From the NCBI GenBank assembly GCA_048772705.1, contig JBLWGC010000101.1, positions 1-8,006 on the forward strand: DNA of 8,006 nt, in the 5' to 3' direction. This DNA is from Leidyana gryllorum EB-2025a (lineage: Eukaryota; Protista; Apicomplexa). A model generated the notes under the pieces. The model did no database searches, was not told the DNA's origin, and was given only the letters and a program-made list of their open reading frames with translations. The translations under genes and the position numbers were made by a program. Below, in pieces: positions 6,526 to 8,006 of the stretch; position 1 is the first letter of the stretch; each line of letters starts with the position of its first letter.

Positions 6526-6598
6526 TTCCGCTGCCGGAGTTTGAACCCGGATCGTGGGGGTGAAAGCCGCATATCCTAGCCACTTAGACTACAGTGGA
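6526..6598 (-). tRNA. tRNA-Glu(TTC), damaged
   Basis: Glu body with mismatches in the anticodon, T and acceptor stems. Confidence 0.82.
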
Positions 6599-6705
6599 CG
6601 AGTGGTTGAGTTGGGGCTTCGGCCGAGAGCCGTACCGTCTTGGAAACGCTCCACCTCAGATCAAGAGGGTACGGCTCTCGGCTAAAGCTGCAGCTGAGGG
6701 AGTTG

Positions 6706-6778
6706 TCCACTGTAGTCTAAGTGACTAGGATATGCGGCTTTCACCCGCACGATCCGGGTTCAAGTCCCGGTAGTGCAA
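6706..6778 (+). tRNA. tRNA-Glu(TTC), variant
   Basis: Glu body, D-loop GG->GA, acceptor mismatch. Confidence 0.83.
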
Positions 6779-6854
6779 GTCATTGGACCATTCGAGCAAA
6801 GTGCTCCAGTAACTTCCGTCAATAGTGACTGATGCGTGATTTCCAGCTAATATT

Positions 6855-6926
6855 GCCTTCTTAGCTTAGGGGCAGAGCATTCGCTTAGTAAGCGAAAGGT
6901 CGCCGGTTCGATTCCGGCAGAAGGCT
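6855..6926 (+). tRNA. tRNA-Thr(AGT), intact
   Basis: All stems pair. TTCGC-TT AGT AA-GCGAA. Confidence 0.95.
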
Positions 6927-6975
6927 TTGCTCACGAGAGAATCTATTCTATAACTGTTTCCCTGCTGCGCACACT

Positions 6976-7047
6976 TAGCAGTGCGTCGTTTCGATCGACG
7001 GACCTTTGGGTTATGAGCCCAACACTCTTCCACTGAGCTACACTGCT
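6976..7047 (-). tRNA. initiator tRNA-Met(CAT), intact
   Basis: A1:U72, three G:C pairs (TTGGG/CCCAA), T-loop ATCGAAA. Confidence 0.95.
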
Positions 7048-7184
7048 CAGTCTGCAACATGGAAGAGGTAGCCGAAATGCAATTCTTGAGATTCTAGTAT
7101 GCCCTGACTACCCAAGTGTGCTAACGAGGTGGCTGTGTTGGTTCTGAGGGCAACTTGTCCCGTCGGGTCAACCCACGACCAAGA

Positions 7185-7255
7185 GGGCTCTTCTGGGAAT
7201 CGAACCAGGACTCCTTCCACCCTGAGGAGGGATCATAGCACTAGACCAAACAGCC
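7185..7255 (-). pseudogene. tRNA-Pro(AGG), damaged
   Basis: GGCTGTT..CCTCC-TC AGG GT-GGAAG. D-loop GG->GC, T-stem deletion. Confidence 0.8.
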
Positions 7256-7343
7256 CATCGGTCGGTGGTGCAAATGGCTGGTACAGTCGGGAGACTGGTT
7301 ATAATATGTCAAGAACCACTAAATGCTATGGGGTCTGCACAGC

Positions 7344-7416
7344 AGGCGACTAGCTGGAATGATATAGCACTCGCTCAGCATGCGAGAGATACTGGGATGG
7401 ATGCCCAGGTCGTCCA
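7344..7416 (+). pseudogene. decayed tRNA-Ala(AGC)
   Basis: Aligns to 2333 and 5352. D-arm and T-loop mutated. Confidence 0.82.
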
Positions 7417-7492
7417 AACTTCTAACGGCTGCACCTGCGGTATTTGAACACAGAGTCACGACCGAATGGAGTTGATGCCCGATCACATAACA

Positions 7493-7574
7493 CGACAACT
7501 GCTCGATTCGAACCAGCGCGGGCCAGACCCACTAGATTTCAAGTCTACCCCCTTAACCACTCGGGCAAGTTGCC
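7493..7574 (-). tRNA. tRNA-Ser(TGA), variant
   Basis: Ser body, loop CT TGA AA, two C->G stem mismatches. Confidence 0.87.
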
Positions 7575-7631
7575 AACTCTCGAATTCGACATGCCGCGAG
7601 GAGTGACCAAATACCCCCATGTTCAGCCTGT

Positions 7632-7703
7632 CCTGCGGCATTTATAGGTCTAAACCGACCTCTCGCGTGCAAAGCATCGCTCTACCACTTGAGATAGCCG
7701 GCC
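7632..7703 (-). pseudogene. relic tRNA-Ala(TGC)-like
   Basis: GGCCGGCTATCTCAAGTGGTAGAGCG..GCTT TGC ACGCGAGAGGT. 3' third unrecognisable, so the left boundary is approximate. Confidence 0.65.
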
Positions 7704-7789
7704 ACCCGCCAAACCTAGGTGAACTTCCCACCTGAGATCGACTCACAGTTCTCTGGCGCCTCATTCGTCAGTGCAACTGTTGTGACTCG

Positions 7790-7862
7790 TCCACTGTAGT
7801 CTAAGTGGCTAGGATATGCGGCTTTCACCCGCACGATCCGGGTTCAAGTCCCGGCAGTGGAA
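7790..7862 (+). tRNA. tRNA-Glu(TTC), intact
   Basis: TCCACTG/CAGTGGA-A, TGCGG/CCGCA, GTTCAAGTCC. Confidence 0.95.
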
Positions 7863-7938
7863 GTCACTGAAGTACTCGAGCAAATTACTCCAGTAATCTC
7901 CGTCAATAGTGACTGACTCGTGATCATTGGCTCGCATT

Positions 7939-8006
7939 GCCTTCTTAGCTTAGGGGCAGAGCATTCGCTTAGTAAGCGAAAGGTCGCCGGTTCGATTCCG
8001 GCAGAA
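7939..8006 (+). tRNA. tRNA-Thr(AGT), cut by the window edge
   Basis: Identical to 6855 up to the end of the window. Confidence 0.92.

Larger units (their letters stand above)
6706..6926. repeat. Glu-Thr unit, copies at 6379-6598 (inverted) and 7790-8006 (direct)
   Basis: Homologous ~75-nt spacer (tcgagcaaa..ctccagtaa..ccgtcaatagtgactga). Confidence 0.88.

Noticed and set aside
71-7647. All listed six-frame ORFs (60-133 aa)
   Set aside because: They are short, overlap tRNA genes, recur with the duplicated tRNAs and show no recognisable protein motif.
1-8006. CRISPR array, or phage/bacterial tRNA array
   Set aside because: There is no constant short repeat with unique spacers, and the tRNAs carry eukaryotic signatures without encoded CCA.

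Overview
This window has no credible protein-coding gene. It is a very dense, two-stranded cluster of about 50 eukaryotic-type tRNA genes, pseudogenes and fragments, roughly one per 155 bp. Eukaryotic signatures include: no encoded CCA, initiator Met with A1:U72 and an ATCGAAA T-loop, Ala with an ATCG T-loop, I34-type AGC/AGT/AAT/ACG anticodons, and His without a genomic G-1. The cluster covers Ser, Lys, Glu, Thr, His, Leu, Pro, iMet, eMet, Ala, Asn, Ile, Gly, Val, Asp, Arg and possibly a Tyr relic. It is a mosaic of multi-tRNA cassettes duplicated in direct and inverted orientation, with copies ranging from intact to heavily decayed. Notable features: several anticodon-switched copies (Met body with GAT, Lys body with TTC, Pro body with CCG, Ile-like body with TGT, Asp with ATC), many C<->G transversions between sister copies, almost no oligo-T Pol III terminators, and one structured non-tRNA segment fused to a truncated tRNA-Glu. 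All coordinates and folds were derived by eye. The organism cannot be identified, and sequencing or consensus error could explain some variants.
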